From an uncultured Alphaproteobacteria bacterium (GTDB lineage: Bacteria; Pseudomonadota; Alphaproteobacteria; RF32; CAG-239): a stretch of DNA of 58,353 nt. Position 1 is the stretch's first letter. Every line of letters starts with the position of its first letter. The translations under genes and the position numbers were made by a program. Under the pieces are notes generated by a model. The model worked only from the letters and a program-made list of their open reading frames with translations, had not been told where the DNA came from and did not search any database. The stretch lies in contig CALXPK010000006.1 of the NCBI GenBank assembly GCA_944390265.1, positions 1 through 58,353 on the forward strand. The letters run 5' to 3'. Shown one piece after another: positions 38,900 through 49,400 of this stretch.

Positions 38900-40396
38900 A
38901 TGCTGAGCTTAAAACACGTTGCCATAAGTTCTTTTAATGAAAACTTAGCTTATGTTCACAGAGATTGTGATGCTTATAAGATAGATGACATTCGCTCGTT
39001 GACCAAAGTTGAAATTCACGGCGGTGTCAAGCCGGTTTTTGCCTTTTTGCAAGTGGTTGATGATGATGAGCTGGTCAAACCCAACGAGATTGGGTTGAAC
39101 AACGAGGCCTTTGAATGCATCAATCTGCCGGAAGGTGCCAACGTCACCTTAACCATTTCTTCCCCGCCGCCGAGCTTGGCTTCAATCAAACGCAAAATTG
39201 CCGGCAACATTTTGAGCTCGGGCGAATATAGTGCCATTGTTAATGACATTGCCTCCAAGCGCTATTCCAACATGGATATTGTCTCATTTCTGGTGGCGAG
39301 CGGTTCTTTTATGACCGCGCCTGAGGTTTTGTCTTTTACCGAGGCTTTGGTTGGGGACAATACCCTGCATTGGGACAATGACAACATTGTGGTTGACCAC
39401 CACTGTTTAGGCGGAATCCCCGGCAACAAAACCGACATCATCATCACCGCAATTGTGGCGGCTTATGGCTTGCCCATGCCCAAAACGGCTTCACGCTCGC
39501 TGACCTCCTGCGCCGGCGTGGCCGATACCATGTCTGTTTTGGCCAATGTTGATTTGGATGAAGAAGAACTGCGCCGAGTGATAAAAGAAACCCGCGGCGC
39601 CATTGTCAATTATGAGAGTTTGTCGATTGCCGAGGTTAACAAGCTGGTTTCTTCGGTGGAAAGAAACATTGGTTTAACCCAGTTGCATCACATTGCCGCC
39701 TCCATTTTGGCCATCAAACTGGCGGCCGGGGTCACGCATTTGGTGATAGATATTCCGGTCGGACCCAACTCCCGCATCAAACGCACCGGCGAGGCCATGA
39801 GATTGCGCAAATTGATAGAATATGTGGGTGATATGCTCTCGATAGAGATTGACGCGGTGATAACTGATGGCAGTGAGCCGATAGGAAACGGCGTCGGCGC
39901 CGTGCTGGAAGCCCGAGATGTGATGAAGGTTTTGCGCAACAAAGAAGATGCCCCGCAAGATTTGAAAGAAAAAGCTTTGTTCTTGGCGGGAAGAATTTTG
40001 GAATTTGACCCCAAACTGCGCGGCGGACAAGGCTACCATGTGGCCAAAGAGATTTTGACCTCAGGCCGAGCTTTGGAAACCATGAACAAAATCATTCATG
40101 CTCAAGGCAAAGCCCCGCAACCGCAACTTGGGCATCTGACCCGTGATATTGTTTCCAATATCTCCGGCGTGGTGGAGAGCATAGACAACGAGCGTATTAA
40201 CAAAATCGGCGTTATGGCCGGAGCTTCGCAATACCCCGGCGCCGGATTGGATTTGTTGAAAAAAGTGGGCGACAAAGTGGAGCAGGGCGAAACCTTGTAT
40301 CGCATTCACTCGGTCAACTCCACCGATTTTGCCTTTGCCAACAGCATGGTCGACGGCTATACCGGATATGAAATCTCGGGTCGAAGCAAATATTAA
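38900..40396 (+). CDS. AMP phosphorylase / thymidine phosphorylase family protein (long type) with variant motifs
   Basis: N-terminal extra domain; VDHHCLGGIPGNKT, PKTASRSLTSCAGVAD, IDIPVGP, TDGSEPIGNGVG..LEARDV and KKVGDKVEQGE motifs. Confidence 0.88.
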   Translation: MLSLKHVAISSFNENLAYVHRDCDAYKIDDIRSLTKVEIHGGVKPVFAFLQVVDDDELVKPNEIGLNNEAFECINLPEGANVTLTISSPPPSLASIKRKIAGNILSSGEYSAIVNDIASKRYSNMDIVSFLVASGSFMTAPEVLSFTEALVGDNTLHWDNDNIVVDHHCLGGIPGNKTDIIITAIVAAYGLPMPKTASRSLTSCAGVADTMSVLANVDLDEEELRRVIKETRGAIVNYESLSIAEVNKLVSSVERNIGLTQLHHIAASILAIKLAAGVTHLVIDIPVGPNSRIKRTGEAMRLRKLIEYVGDMLSIEIDAVITDGSEPIGNGVGAVLEARDVMKVLRNKEDAPQDLKEKALFLAGRILEFDPKLRGGQGYHVAKEILTSGRALETMNKIIHAQGKAPQPQLGHLTRDIVSNISGVVESIDNERINKIGVMAGASQYPGAGLDLLKKVGDKVEQGETLYRIHSVNSTDFAFANSMVDGYTGYEISGRSKY

Positions 40397-40425
40397 AAAA
40401 ACTTTCAAAAAAATTTGCTTGCCCT

Positions 40426-40454
40426 ATTGCATCGCCTGTTTTGTCTTCCTATAT
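40426..40454 (+). promoter_or_regulatory. RpoH (sigma32)-type heat-shock promoter of dnaK
   Basis: ATTG-N18-CCTATAT, close to the alphaproteobacterial CTTG-N17/18-CYTATNT consensus. Confidence 0.65.
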
Positions 40455-40501
40455 AGATTAATAGCAAAATTAAACACCAGTTTAACAAAGGAAAATAAAA
40501 C

Positions 40502-42400
40502 ATGAGCAATAAAGTAATTGGTATTGACTTGGGTACAACCAACTCCTGCTTTGCCGTTATGGAAGGCGGAGAAGCCAAAGTTTTGGAAAACTCTGAAGGC
40601 GCCAGAACAACTCCTTCAATGGTTGCATTTACGGATACGGAACGCTTGGTCGGTTATCCGGCAAAACGTCAGGCCGTAACCAACCCGGAAAATACTTTGT
40701 TTGCAATCAAACGTTTAATCGGTCGTCGTTATGATTCTCCGGAAGTTCAAAAAGACAAAAGCATTGTGCCGTATAAAATTGTTCCCGGTGACAATGGCGA
40801 TGCCTGGGTAGAAGTTAAAGGCCAAAAATATGCTCCGTCACAAATTTCTGCCATGATTTTGCAAAAAATCAAAGAATATGCCGAGAGCTATTTGGGCGAA
40901 AAAGTTGAAAAAGCCGTTATTACCGTTCCGGCATATTTTAACGACTCTCAACGTCAGGCCACAAAAGATGCCGGTAAAATCGCAGGATTAGATGTTTTGC
41001 GTATCATCAACGAGCCGACAGCTGCTGCTTTGGCTTATGGTATGGATAAAAAAGCATCCGGCACCATTGCGGTTTATGACCTTGGCGGTGGTACATTTGA
41101 TATTTCCATTTTGGAAATCGGTGACGGCGTATTTGAAGTAAAATCCACCAACGGTGATACCTTCTTGGGTGGTGAAGATTTTGACCGCCGCATTTTGGAC
41201 TATTTGGTTGATGAATTTAAGAAAGAAAACGGTATTGATTTGAAGAACGATCGTTTGGCTTTGCAACGCTTGAAAGAAGCTGCTGAAAAAGCTAAAATTG
41301 AGTTGTCTTCAACCACCCAAACCGAAATCAACTTGCCGTTCATCACGGCTGATGCAACCGGCCCGAAACACCTCAACATCAAATTGACCCGTGCCAAATT
41401 GGAAGACTTGGTTGCCGACTTGATTGAAAAAACGGTTGAACCTTGCAAAAAGGCCTTGGCTGATGCCGGCTTGAAAGCCAACGAAATCAGCGAAGTCATC
41501 TTGGTCGGTGGTATGACTCGTATGCCGAAAGTTCAAGAAAAAGTTAAAGAGATTTTTGGTAAAGAGCCGCACAAAGGCGTTAACCCGGATGAAGTTGTGG
41601 CTGTTGGTGCCGCAATTCAAGGCGGTGTCTTGATGGGCGATGTTAAAGACGTCTTGCTCTTGGATGTTACCCCGTTGTCTTTGGGTATTGAAACCTTGGG
41701 CGGTGTCTTCACTCGTTTGATTGACAGAAACACCACCATCCCGACCAGAAAATCTCAAGTTTTCTCAACGGCTGAAGATGGTCAAACCGCTGTGACGATT
41801 CGCGTCTTCCAAGGTGAACGTGAAATGGCTGCCGACAACAAATTGCTTGGCCAATTTGACCTGGTTGGCATTCCGCCAGCACCGCGTGGCATGCCGCAAA
41901 TTGAAGTAACCTTCGATATTGATGCTAACGGTATTGTGAACGTATCTGCAAAAGATAAGGCCACCAACAAAGAGCAAGCCATCCGCATTCAAGCCAGCGG
42001 CGGTTTGTCTGATGCCGATATTGAAAAGATGGTTAAAGATGCTGAAGCCAACGCTGAAGCCGATAAAAAACGCAAAGAGTTGGTAGAAGCCAAGAACCAA
42101 GCCGAGGCTTTGGTTTTGAGCACCGAGAAGACCTTGAAAGAACACGGTGACAAAGTATCTGCCGCAGAAAAGAGCAAGATTGAAGAAGAAATCAAAACTT
42201 TGAAATCTGCTTTGGAAGGTGACGATATTGACAACATCAAAGCCAAGACCGAAAGCCTGATGCAGGCTTCTTTGAAGCTCGGTGAAGCTATGTACAAACA
42301 AGCTGAAACCGCTCAAAGCACAGCTAGTGCTGCCGGTCCGGAAGCTGAAGAGAAGAAGGACGAAAAGGTTGTCGATGCAGACTTTGAAGAAGTTAAATAA
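40502..42400 (+). CDS. dnaK: Chaperone DnaK
   Basis: [25 protein letters not shown] and GVNPDEVVA motifs. Confidence 0.99.
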   Translation: MSNKVIGIDLGTTNSCFAVMEGGEAKVLENSEGARTTPSMVAFTDTERLVGYPAKRQAVTNPENTLFAIKRLIGRRYDSPEVQKDKSIVPYKIVPGDNGDAWVEVKGQKYAPSQISAMILQKIKEYAESYLGEKVEKAVITVPAYFNDSQRQATKDAGKIAGLDVLRIINEPTAAALAYGMDKKASGTIAVYDLGGGTFDISILEIGDGVFEVKSTNGDTFLGGEDFDRRILDYLVDEFKKENGIDLKNDRLALQRLKEAAEKAKIELSSTTQTEINLPFITADATGPKHLNIKLTRAKLEDLVADLIEKTVEPCKKALADAGLKANEISEVILVGGMTRMPKVQEKVKEIFGKEPHKGVNPDEVVAVGAAIQGGVLMGDVKDVLLLDVTPLSLGIETLGGVFTRLIDRNTTIPTRKSQVFSTAEDGQTAVTIRVFQGEREMAADNKLLGQFDLVGIPPAPRGMPQIEVTFDIDANGIVNVSAKDKATNKEQAIRIQASGGLSDADIEKMVKDAEANAEADKKRKELVEAKNQAEALVLSTEKTLKEHGDKVSAAEKSKIEEEIKTLKSALEGDDIDNIKAKTESLMQASLKLGEAMYKQAETAQSTASAAGPEAEEKKDEKVVDADFEEVK

Positions 42401-42420
42401 CAACTTTTCATGAACAAAAG

Positions 42421-42450
42421 AAAAACCCCGTCATTTTGGCGGGGTTTTTT
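42421..42450. terminator. Bidirectional terminator between dnaK and the convergent orphan operon
   Basis: AAAAACCCCGTCA-TTT-TGGCGGGGTTTTT. Confidence 0.85.
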
Positions 42451-42468
42451 GTTGGATGTAAGAGCAAA

Positions 42469-44256
42469 TTATTCATATTGATTGTCGCGTTTCATCGGCA
42501 TGGATGTATTTCCGTTGCGAGGGCGACGCTCGCCGGAATTTTTATCCAAATTAGCGCGGCGATAAGGTCTGTCGGCAGATTTTGCGCTCCCTCTGTCTGC
42601 AAAAACTTTGGAACGACTATCAGTGCGCGGGCGACCGGTTTTTGCCCCTTTCAATTCTTGCAAGCGTTTTTGGGCATGATCTGTCGGGCGCGGCATTTTT
42701 TCTGCCAACTTGGCTTTCAGCTCTTCCGGCAAATCGGTCAATTCGGAAAGCCTGGGCGGGTTCACCATTTTGACCTCGGGGTCGTTTAAGCAAGCCAGCA
42801 TCAGTTTGGCTTTGAAGATGTTGTTTTTAATATCGCCGAAGCAAATTTCCGGCCCGTTTTTCTTGGCCTGAGCCACAATTGCGGCAAAAACCTCATCGGA
42901 AGGAACATTGCCGCTGTAACCTCTGACCACCACATCTGTTTCTCGGCGGTAAGTGATATCGGCGTCAAACTCGCCGGTCTGAGCTTTTTCGGCGCTATCA
43001 AAAACCTTAAAAGCAAGTGCAGAAGTCTGAGCCGGTTTATATTCTTGCACAATTTTGTTGTTTTTCTTGCCCCAATCTTGCCAAGAAGACAGGCTTTGCG
43101 CTTTCCAGCCGGAAGCTATGTTTTCAGCTTGCGGTGTCGGACTGCGGGTAAGAGCCGGCTCGGCATTTTCAATTTCATCAACATTCAAAACATTTGGCTT
43201 GTCGGCAGTTTCAGCTTCCGGAGTCTGATTTTGCGGATGAGAAACAATTTCTTGAGAAACAAGATTTTGTTCATGAGTATGCTCATCATCTTCCTCTTCA
43301 AGAAAACTGATTGTTGTGGGTTGAGGTTTGTCTTGTTTAGGCTCGGCAAGATTTTGTGTGTCAACCGGCGCGGTGTTTTCAGGCATATTTGGGGCAGAAT
43401 CTTCAGCGGCGGAAGATTGTTCTTGCTGAGGCGTGGCTTGAGATTGTTTATCATATTCTTGCTTGAGAAGTGCCAATTTTTGCAAAGTTTCTTGCACAAC
43501 CGAAGATGAAGCAAATTTTTCATCTTGCAGATAATTTTGCCAAAATTTCACTTCTTCGGCGCTGGGTTTCCATGTTCCTTTGCAAATATCATCAAGGCGA
43601 TAAAACAAGATTCGCCCGTAGAAAGCCTCTTGTTCAGATTTTTGTTTTTGCGGATTTTCTAAGTTATATTGTTTGCTTTGATCAAAGCATTTGGTCAAAA
43701 ATTTGGCATCGGAATTAGGAAAACTCTGAAACGCGTTTATCAAAGTTTGCCAATCATTATCTTTGATGAGTTGGCTTTTTTCCCGCGCCACAAAACGCAC
43801 AAAATCGGCAATTTTCTGGCGTTCGGAGATTCGAATATTTTCCGAGTTTTCGGTCAAGGGCATATCCATTTCATCTTGAATATCGGGAATATTTTCTTTG
43901 AAGAGCTTAAAAATTTTGTTGTTGTCAAAATCCAAATAGCGCTCAGAGCGGATATATTCATCTTTCTGCACCTTGGCATCGGCTTTTTGAATTTCTTCCA
44001 AAGAAAAATCGTTTGAACTGAATAACCACCATTTGTCAATATTTTGAGCATCGCGTTTTGTCAAAGCCAGATGGTCATCCAAAAAAGCACGCAGTTGTTG
44101 AGAGCAATAATTGCCAAACTCTTTGCTTTGGTGGAGGGCGGCCATGGCCGAACCTTCACCTTTTTCTTTATCCAAGTCGCGGATGGCCTTATAAATCTCA
44201 TAAGGCGATTTTCCGATTAAAGATTTTGCAAATTCTTCCATATCTGTTTCCGTCAT
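42469..44256 (-). CDS. Hypothetical protein (595 aa) with low-complexity linker, LPD7-like C-terminal domain and basic tail
   Basis: Long ORF, RBS AGGA, 9 nt after the upstream gene; SDEVFAAIVAQAKKNG..I.FG..KNNIFKAKLMLA segment; Arg-rich terminal region. Confidence 0.8.
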   Translation of the reverse strand: MTETDMEEFAKSLIGKSPYEIYKAIRDLDKEKGEGSAMAALHQSKEFGNYCSQQLRAFLDDHLALTKRDAQNIDKWWLFSSNDFSLEEIQKADAKVQKDEYIRSERYLDFDNNKIFKLFKENIPDIQDEMDMPLTENSENIRISERQKIADFVRFVAREKSQLIKDNDWQTLINAFQSFPNSDAKFLTKCFDQSKQYNLENPQKQKSEQEAFYGRILFYRLDDICKGTWKPSAEEVKFWQNYLQDEKFASSSVVQETLQKLALLKQEYDKQSQATPQQEQSSAAEDSAPNMPENTAPVDTQNLAEPKQDKPQPTTISFLEEEDDEHTHEQNLVSQEIVSHPQNQTPEAETADKPNVLNVDEIENAEPALTRSPTPQAENIASGWKAQSLSSWQDWGKKNNKIVQEYKPAQTSALAFKVFDSAEKAQTGEFDADITYRRETDVVVRGYSGNVPSDEVFAAIVAQAKKNGPEICFGDIKNNIFKAKLMLACLNDPEVKMVNPPRLSELTDLPEELKAKLAEKMPRPTDHAQKRLQELKGAKTGRPRTDSRSKVFADRGSAKSADRPYRRANLDKNSGERRPRNGNTSMPMKRDNQYE

Positions 44257-44265
44257 GGTTTTATC

Positions 44266-47200
44266 CTATCTTCCTTCTTGATTTTGGCGAGCATAGCTTT
44301 GAGCCAAGTTTTCCATATTTTGACGAACATCTTTACCCTTGCCTTCAATGGTTGCTTGTTCAAGCGGTTTGTCTTCCACCAGATATTGGTTCAAGTCGAC
44401 AATATCAACTTTGCTGTTTGGTTTTTGATATTTGTCTTTTAAAACCGGATTTAAGGAAATGTCTCTGGAGGCATCAGCCACAACATTATCCTTTTTGATA
44501 AAATGCGGAATATATTTGGTAAAGTGAGACAAGGTAATTTTGTTAGCAAAATTATCTTTAGATAAGTTGCTTTGCATCAAACTTTGACGAGCTTCCATGA
44601 CCACACAGGCTTTGTCACGACTATCGGTCATTTGTTTGGTTTTATAGTCGGTCAAAATCGGTTTTCCGGAAGCGGTCACGGTTGTGTTACCGGGAACATT
44701 ATCGGCAATCACCTTATCCAAATCGGCTCGGCGTTGGAGCAAGAATTGGTTCATGTCTTTTTCCGGAGCTTTGGCTTTGCGCTCTTCTTCCACGCGGGCG
44801 CAGTAGTCTTTCCAAGCCTTATCTTTGCCGGCTTCCATATTTGGGGTCACGCCGTAAACAATTTTATATTCATCCAACAGAAGTCCTTTATTGGGGTCTT
44901 CTTTGGGTTGTTGTTTTGTTTCTTGAGGTTTTTCCGGCAGAGTAGGTGTTACGGCCGGCGTTTCTTCCGGTACGACTGTTTTTTGGGCAGGAGCTTTGTC
45001 TTTGCGCAAAATCTTATCAAAGAAGCTACCGATTCTTTCTTTGAGCGATTTTTTCGGCTGTTTGGTCACAATGCCGACCATACCCAAGCCCAAATCTGTT
45101 TTGTTTCTGACCATGCCATAGTCTTCAACGGTTTTTTGCGTAACATGTTCAACAACCTTTTGTTCAAAAGCGCCGTCATGGTTGGCATAGGTGGTATATT
45201 GTGTGCCTTCATGCGAATGCACGGCAGTCCCGTTGGCATCAATCTTGGCATTAAAGCCCAACACACCGTCATTTTGGTGCGGGTTGCTGGCTACATGCCC
45301 CACTTGGTTGATGTCGTTAATATGATTATCAATCTGTTGAAAGGCTTTGATGGATTCCGGGGTGATATTCACACCGTCCCCATTCACGCTGCCGGCCAAA
45401 GTATTGACGCTGTCTTGCGAAATGCCGGTGGTTTGGCTCCATTCGGCACCCAAAACTTTGTGGTTGGCCATAGAGTGAACATCCGCCCCGCCCTGAACGT
45501 GAAGCAGGTTGTTGTCGGCAGTTAAAGCACCGGCATCATGAGCGGCCAGCAAATAACGATACGGGTTAATATCTGTTCCATGTTCGGCATTATAAGCATT
45601 AATGGCATCAACGCGTTGTTGCAATAAATCCGGATTGTCATTATACCAAGAATTAAGAATGCGTTGAGCGCCTTCAACATAACCATCTTTATAAACGGTA
45701 ACGGTTTCTTTTTCGACGGTTCTTTCAATATGTTCTCCGGTTTTTTCTTCATGTTGGAAAATGGTGTTATCTTGGAAATGGTCGTTAAAGAGATTGATTC
45801 CGGCATTAGCTAAATAACGTCCGCCTAAACCGGCAACAACGGTAACAGCAGTTTGTGCCACAGCCCATCCGGCAGATTCGGCCGTGCTTAATCCGGCTTT
45901 TTTCGAGTCTTTGTAGTTGGTGATGATACCGGTTCCGGCACCGATAGTCAAAGAGCCATAGCCCAGAGCGGCAGCAACCCCGGGGTTACCGGTTGCAGCA
46001 AAGCCGAGAGCTGCGGCGCCCATTACCGTGGTGGCCATGGAAGCTAAGTTGCGAGGTTCTTTCACAAATTGCAACAAACCGGCTTTTTTGCCTTCTTTTT
46101 TGCGTTCTTTGCGCCAATGACGATATTTGCGGATAAGCATGCCGGCGGCAAGAGTTGTACCGATAGCCGCACCGGCAACCTTATTCAGCCCCATCGTTGC
46201 GGCGGTTAAAGAAGCATCAGATGCGGCAACTGTAGCCACGGTTGTAATTGCGCCGGAAACCAATAAAGCAGACAAACCGCCCATGGCCGTACGTCTGAGC
46301 ATTTCTTTACGAATTTGTTTTTTATCAATTTTATCGGTGCGGTCTTGAGCGCGTTTGTCATATTTATCCACGCCATTGATAACCTTCAAAACAACGGCTT
46401 TATCACGACCCACTTTTTGCGCCATGCGGTTAGCCAAGCCGGCGGTGTCATTCACTGCGGCATCAATACCGCTTTCATAACCCTGATGAGAAATCGTCAT
46501 CGGTTTGTTGATGTTGCGCAAATCTGTTAAGAAATCAGCCAAATATTGTTTGTTGGTAAATTGGTCTTTTTTCTCTTCCGCACCTTGCACGGTTTTGTCG
46601 GCAACATGAAAAGCATACAAGGTATTGGGCAAAATTTCGCTGATACCGTCTTGAATTTCTTGCTTGCTCGGTTTTTTGTCGGCAGTCAAATTTTGCACAA
46701 TATAGTTTTGCTTGGTCAGATTAACAACCGATTCAAGTTTAGAATCTTTGGCAATTTTATAGCCTTTTTGCCAAGTAGCTTGGGATTGCCCCTTTTCGTC
46801 CACAAACTGAGGCTCAATTTGGCCTTTTTCATCCAAGAACTTGAAGTTGGAAGCCAAAGCATAAGCCTCATCATTGAGCTCAACATCAGCCGCGTCTTTT
46901 TGCAAAGCATCAAAACGGGCATCAAGTTCGGGGGCATCATTTTCGGTGATATTTTCAATGTTCCATTCGCTGTCATATTCTTTGATAATTGGCTCAAGAA
47001 TTTGCGAACGAACGGTAGAAATATTTTGTTTTATTTCTTGCAATTTTTGGTCATTGCCGAGATATTTTGTTCGGGCATCAAACATAATGTTGTAGCCTTC
47101 ATAAGTATCGGCAATGTTGGTCACATCGGCAAAGAACAAACCATAGCCTTGAGCGGCTTGAGCGGTCAAGTCGTCAATTCTTTCTTCCAATTTGGAAATA

Positions 47201-47994
47201 TCGGCTTTTTGGGCAGAAACATTGGCTTTGGAATCTTTTTTCAAAGTATCGGCAACTTCTTGCTGTTTTTTATCATAAAGTTGCCCCAGCATTTTGGGTG
47301 GGGTCACCATAAAAAGCTCTTGATTATGGAGCATTTTATCCGCCACGGCATTTTCATAAGCCTGAGTTTCTTTATGAGAGAGGGGGCGCAGTTTGCCAAG
47401 CTCTTCAATGGCATTTTCCGGAGATTTGATGCCGTTATTATAAGAAGCATCGGAGATATATTGCAAATCTTTGAGGGCTTCCAATTTAACTCTGTCAAGC
47501 CAAAATTCATTCGTATCGGAATTGGCACTTCTATCGCGATATTCACCAATGTCTTGCGGAGCATCATCAACAACTTCAATTTGATCGGCCAGAGAGTTTA
47601 TATCGGCTTGTTGCTCATCTCCATTAATATTAAGCATTTCTCTTTGCTTTTTGAGTGTTGCAATTTTTTCGAGTGCTTTCTGAGCTTGCGGAGTATAACC
47701 ATAAGTATTTCCTTGATACTCTTTACCAAAGGTTTCAATATATTGTAGCATGGATTCTAAAGCATTTTCATCAACATCAAGAATCCCGTCGGCAAAATCT
47801 TGAATATCTTTTTGAGCTTGAAGAACCGATTCTTCAAATAAATCATTATGAACATTTTTAAAATCGGGATTATTTTCTTGTAAGATATCTTTATTTTCAA
47901 CCTCATCAGGTGAGCTTAAATAAACCTCAAAGGAATGCAAAAGGGAATCTAAATCTTCTTTAGAATATTTTCTGTTTTGAGTATCAGCCATCAT
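44266..47994 (-). CDS. Large hypothetical protein (about 1240 aa) with central Gly/Ala-rich hydrophobic helices
   Basis: Long ORF with GGGAGA RBS and its own promoter; no signal peptide; ends in ARQNQEGR. Confidence 0.85.
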   Translation of the reverse strand: MMADTQNRKYSKEDLDSLLHSFEVYLSSPDEVENKDILQENNPDFKNVHNDLFEESVLQAQKDIQDFADGILDVDENALESMLQYIETFGKEYQGNTYGYTPQAQKALEKIATLKKQREMLNINGDEQQADINSLADQIEVVDDAPQDIGEYRDRSANSDTNEFWLDRVKLEALKDLQYISDASYNNGIKSPENAIEELGKLRPLSHKETQAYENAVADKMLHNQELFMVTPPKMLGQLYDKKQQEVADTLKKDSKANVSAQKADISKLEERIDDLTAQAAQGYGLFFADVTNIADTYEGYNIMFDARTKYLGNDQKLQEIKQNISTVRSQILEPIIKEYDSEWNIENITENDAPELDARFDALQKDAADVELNDEAYALASNFKFLDEKGQIEPQFVDEKGQSQATWQKGYKIAKDSKLESVVNLTKQNYIVQNLTADKKPSKQEIQDGISEILPNTLYAFHVADKTVQGAEEKKDQFTNKQYLADFLTDLRNINKPMTISHQGYESGIDAAVNDTAGLANRMAQKVGRDKAVVLKVINGVDKYDKRAQDRTDKIDKKQIRKEMLRRTAMGGLSALLVSGAITTVATVAASDASLTAATMGLNKVAGAAIGTTLAAGMLIRKYRHWRKERKKEGKKAGLLQFVKEPRNLASMATTVMGAAALGFAATGNPGVAAALGYGSLTIGAGTGIITNYKDSKKAGLSTAESAGWAVAQTAVTVVAGLGGRYLANAGINLFNDHFQDNTIFQHEEKTGEHIERTVEKETVTVYKDGYVEGAQRILNSWYNDNPDLLQQRVDAINAYNAEHGTDINPYRYLLAAHDAGALTADNNLLHVQGGADVHSMANHKVLGAEWSQTTGISQDSVNTLAGSVNGDGVNITPESIKAFQQIDNHINDINQVGHVASNPHQNDGVLGFNAKIDANGTAVHSHEGTQYTTYANHDGAFEQKVVEHVTQKTVEDYGMVRNKTDLGLGMVGIVTKQPKKSLKERIGSFFDKILRKDKAPAQKTVVPEETPAVTPTLPEKPQETKQQPKEDPNKGLLLDEYKIVYGVTPNMEAGKDKAWKDYCARVEEERKAKAPEKDMNQFLLQRRADLDKVIADNVPGNTTVTASGKPILTDYKTKQMTDSRDKACVVMEARQSLMQSNLSKDNFANKITLSHFTKYIPHFIKKDNVVADASRDISLNPVLKDKYQKPNSKVDIVDLNQYLVEDKPLEQATIEGKGKDVRQNMENLAQSYARQNQEGR

Positions 47995-48026
47995 TTTTTC
48001 TCCCAACAGGGTTCTCATATAATATC

Positions 48027-48055
48027 ATCATACAACAAAAAAGACGTATTGACAA
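48027..48055 (-). promoter_or_regulatory. Sigma70 promoter of the two-gene orphan operon
   Basis: TTGTCA-N17-TATGAT. Confidence 0.65.
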
Positions 48056-48194
48056 ACATTTTGTCTAAAAAATCTAACTTTTAATAAAAATATAACGGCA
48101 AATGCTTAATTTTTGCTAAAAATACTTGCTTTCGGCAAACAAAAAACCTAAATAAAGGGTAAGTTAAAAAAACACAAATCATGAAGCTAAAAAA

Positions 48195-49349
48195 ATGAGT
48201 ACAGAAACAGACTATTACGAACTGTTGGAAGTTTCCAAAACTGCAAGTGCCGATGAGATAAAAAAGTCTTATCGTCGGCTGGCCATGAAATATCATCCGG
48301 ATTTGCATCCCGGAGATAAAGAAGCGGAAACAAAGTTCAAAGAGATTAACGAAGCCTACGAGGTTTTGAAAGATGAACAGAAGCGGGCAGCTTATGACCG
48401 CTACGGGCATCAAGCCTTTACCGGCGGCATGAACGGCGCCGGCGGCAATCCGTTTGGCGGTTTTGAGTTCAATTTTGGTACCGGTGGTTTTTCCGATGTC
48501 TTTTCCGACATTTTTTCCGAGTTTATGGGCGGCGGCAGAAGACAGAGCAATCCCAATGCGCCGGAGCGCGGTTCAGATTTGCGTTATAATTTGGACATCA
48601 CGTTGGAAGAAGCCTTTTCCGGCGTGGAGAAAGAGATAAAAATTCCCACCACCAAAGTTTGTGAAGCCTGCTACGGACATGGCACGGCAGACGGCAAAGA
48701 AGCCGATATTTGCCCGGATTGCAAAGGCAGCGGCAAAATCAGGCGTCAGCAAGGTGGCTTTTTCGTGGTTGAAACCACTTGCCCCAAATGCGGCGGCACC
48801 GGCCGTATAATCAAAGACAAATGCAAGGCATGCAAAGGCCAAGGTTTCATTGCCAATGAAAAATCCTTAAAAGTGAAGATTCCGGCCGGTATAGAAGATG
48901 AAACGAGGATGCGCATTGTTGGCGAGGGCGAAGCCGGCCTGCGCGGTGGAGAAAACGGCGATTTATATGTTTTCATCAATGTGAAAGACCACAAGCTATA
49001 CAGCCGTGAGGGCGGCAACTTATATGCGGCCGTTCCCATCTCAATGACCACGGCGGCGCTGGGCGGAAAAATTGAAATTCCGGCCATAGACGGTGAGAAA
49101 ATAGAGGTAGATATTGCCGCCGGCACTCAAACTGACCAAGTGGTTAAAATCAAAGGAAAAGGCATGCCGATTATGCGTTCAACCAGACGCGGCGATTTGT
49201 TCATCAAATTGCGGGTAGAAACGCCGGTCAACTTGACCGACAGGCAAAAAGAGCTGCTGCAAGAGTTTCAAAGCATAAGCCAAGAAAACGCCTGCCAGCC
49301 CGAAGCCAAAGGCTTTTTTGATAAAATCAAAGATTTGTTTGTAGCATAA
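48195..49349 (+). CDS. dnaJ: Chaperone DnaJ
   Basis: J domain KYHPD, G/F-rich region, four CxxCxGxG repeats and C-terminal domain. Confidence 0.98.
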   Translation: MSTETDYYELLEVSKTASADEIKKSYRRLAMKYHPDLHPGDKEAETKFKEINEAYEVLKDEQKRAAYDRYGHQAFTGGMNGAGGNPFGGFEFNFGTGGFSDVFSDIFSEFMGGGRRQSNPNAPERGSDLRYNLDITLEEAFSGVEKEIKIPTTKVCEACYGHGTADGKEADICPDCKGSGKIRRQQGGFFVVETTCPKCGGTGRIIKDKCKACKGQGFIANEKSLKVKIPAGIEDETRMRIVGEGEAGLRGGENGDLYVFINVKDHKLYSREGGNLYAAVPISMTTAALGGKIEIPAIDGEKIEVDIAAGTQTDQVVKIKGKGMPIMRSTRRGDLFIKLRVETPVNLTDRQKELLQEFQSISQENACQPEAKGFFDKIKDLFVA

Positions 49350-49356
49350 AAAAACG

Positions 49357-49386
49357 AAAAGCGCTGATTAAAACGGCGCTTTTTTT
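49357..49386 (+). terminator. Intrinsic terminator after dnaJ
   Basis: AAAAGCGCTG...CGGCGCTTTTTTT. Confidence 0.8.
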
Positions 49387-49400
49387 GTAACAAGAGAACG

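Noticed and set aside
44572-47748. Plus-strand ORFs 44572..45525 and 46546..47748
   Set aside because: Antisense shadows of the 1240-aa gene with Phe/Ile-rich, non-protein-like composition
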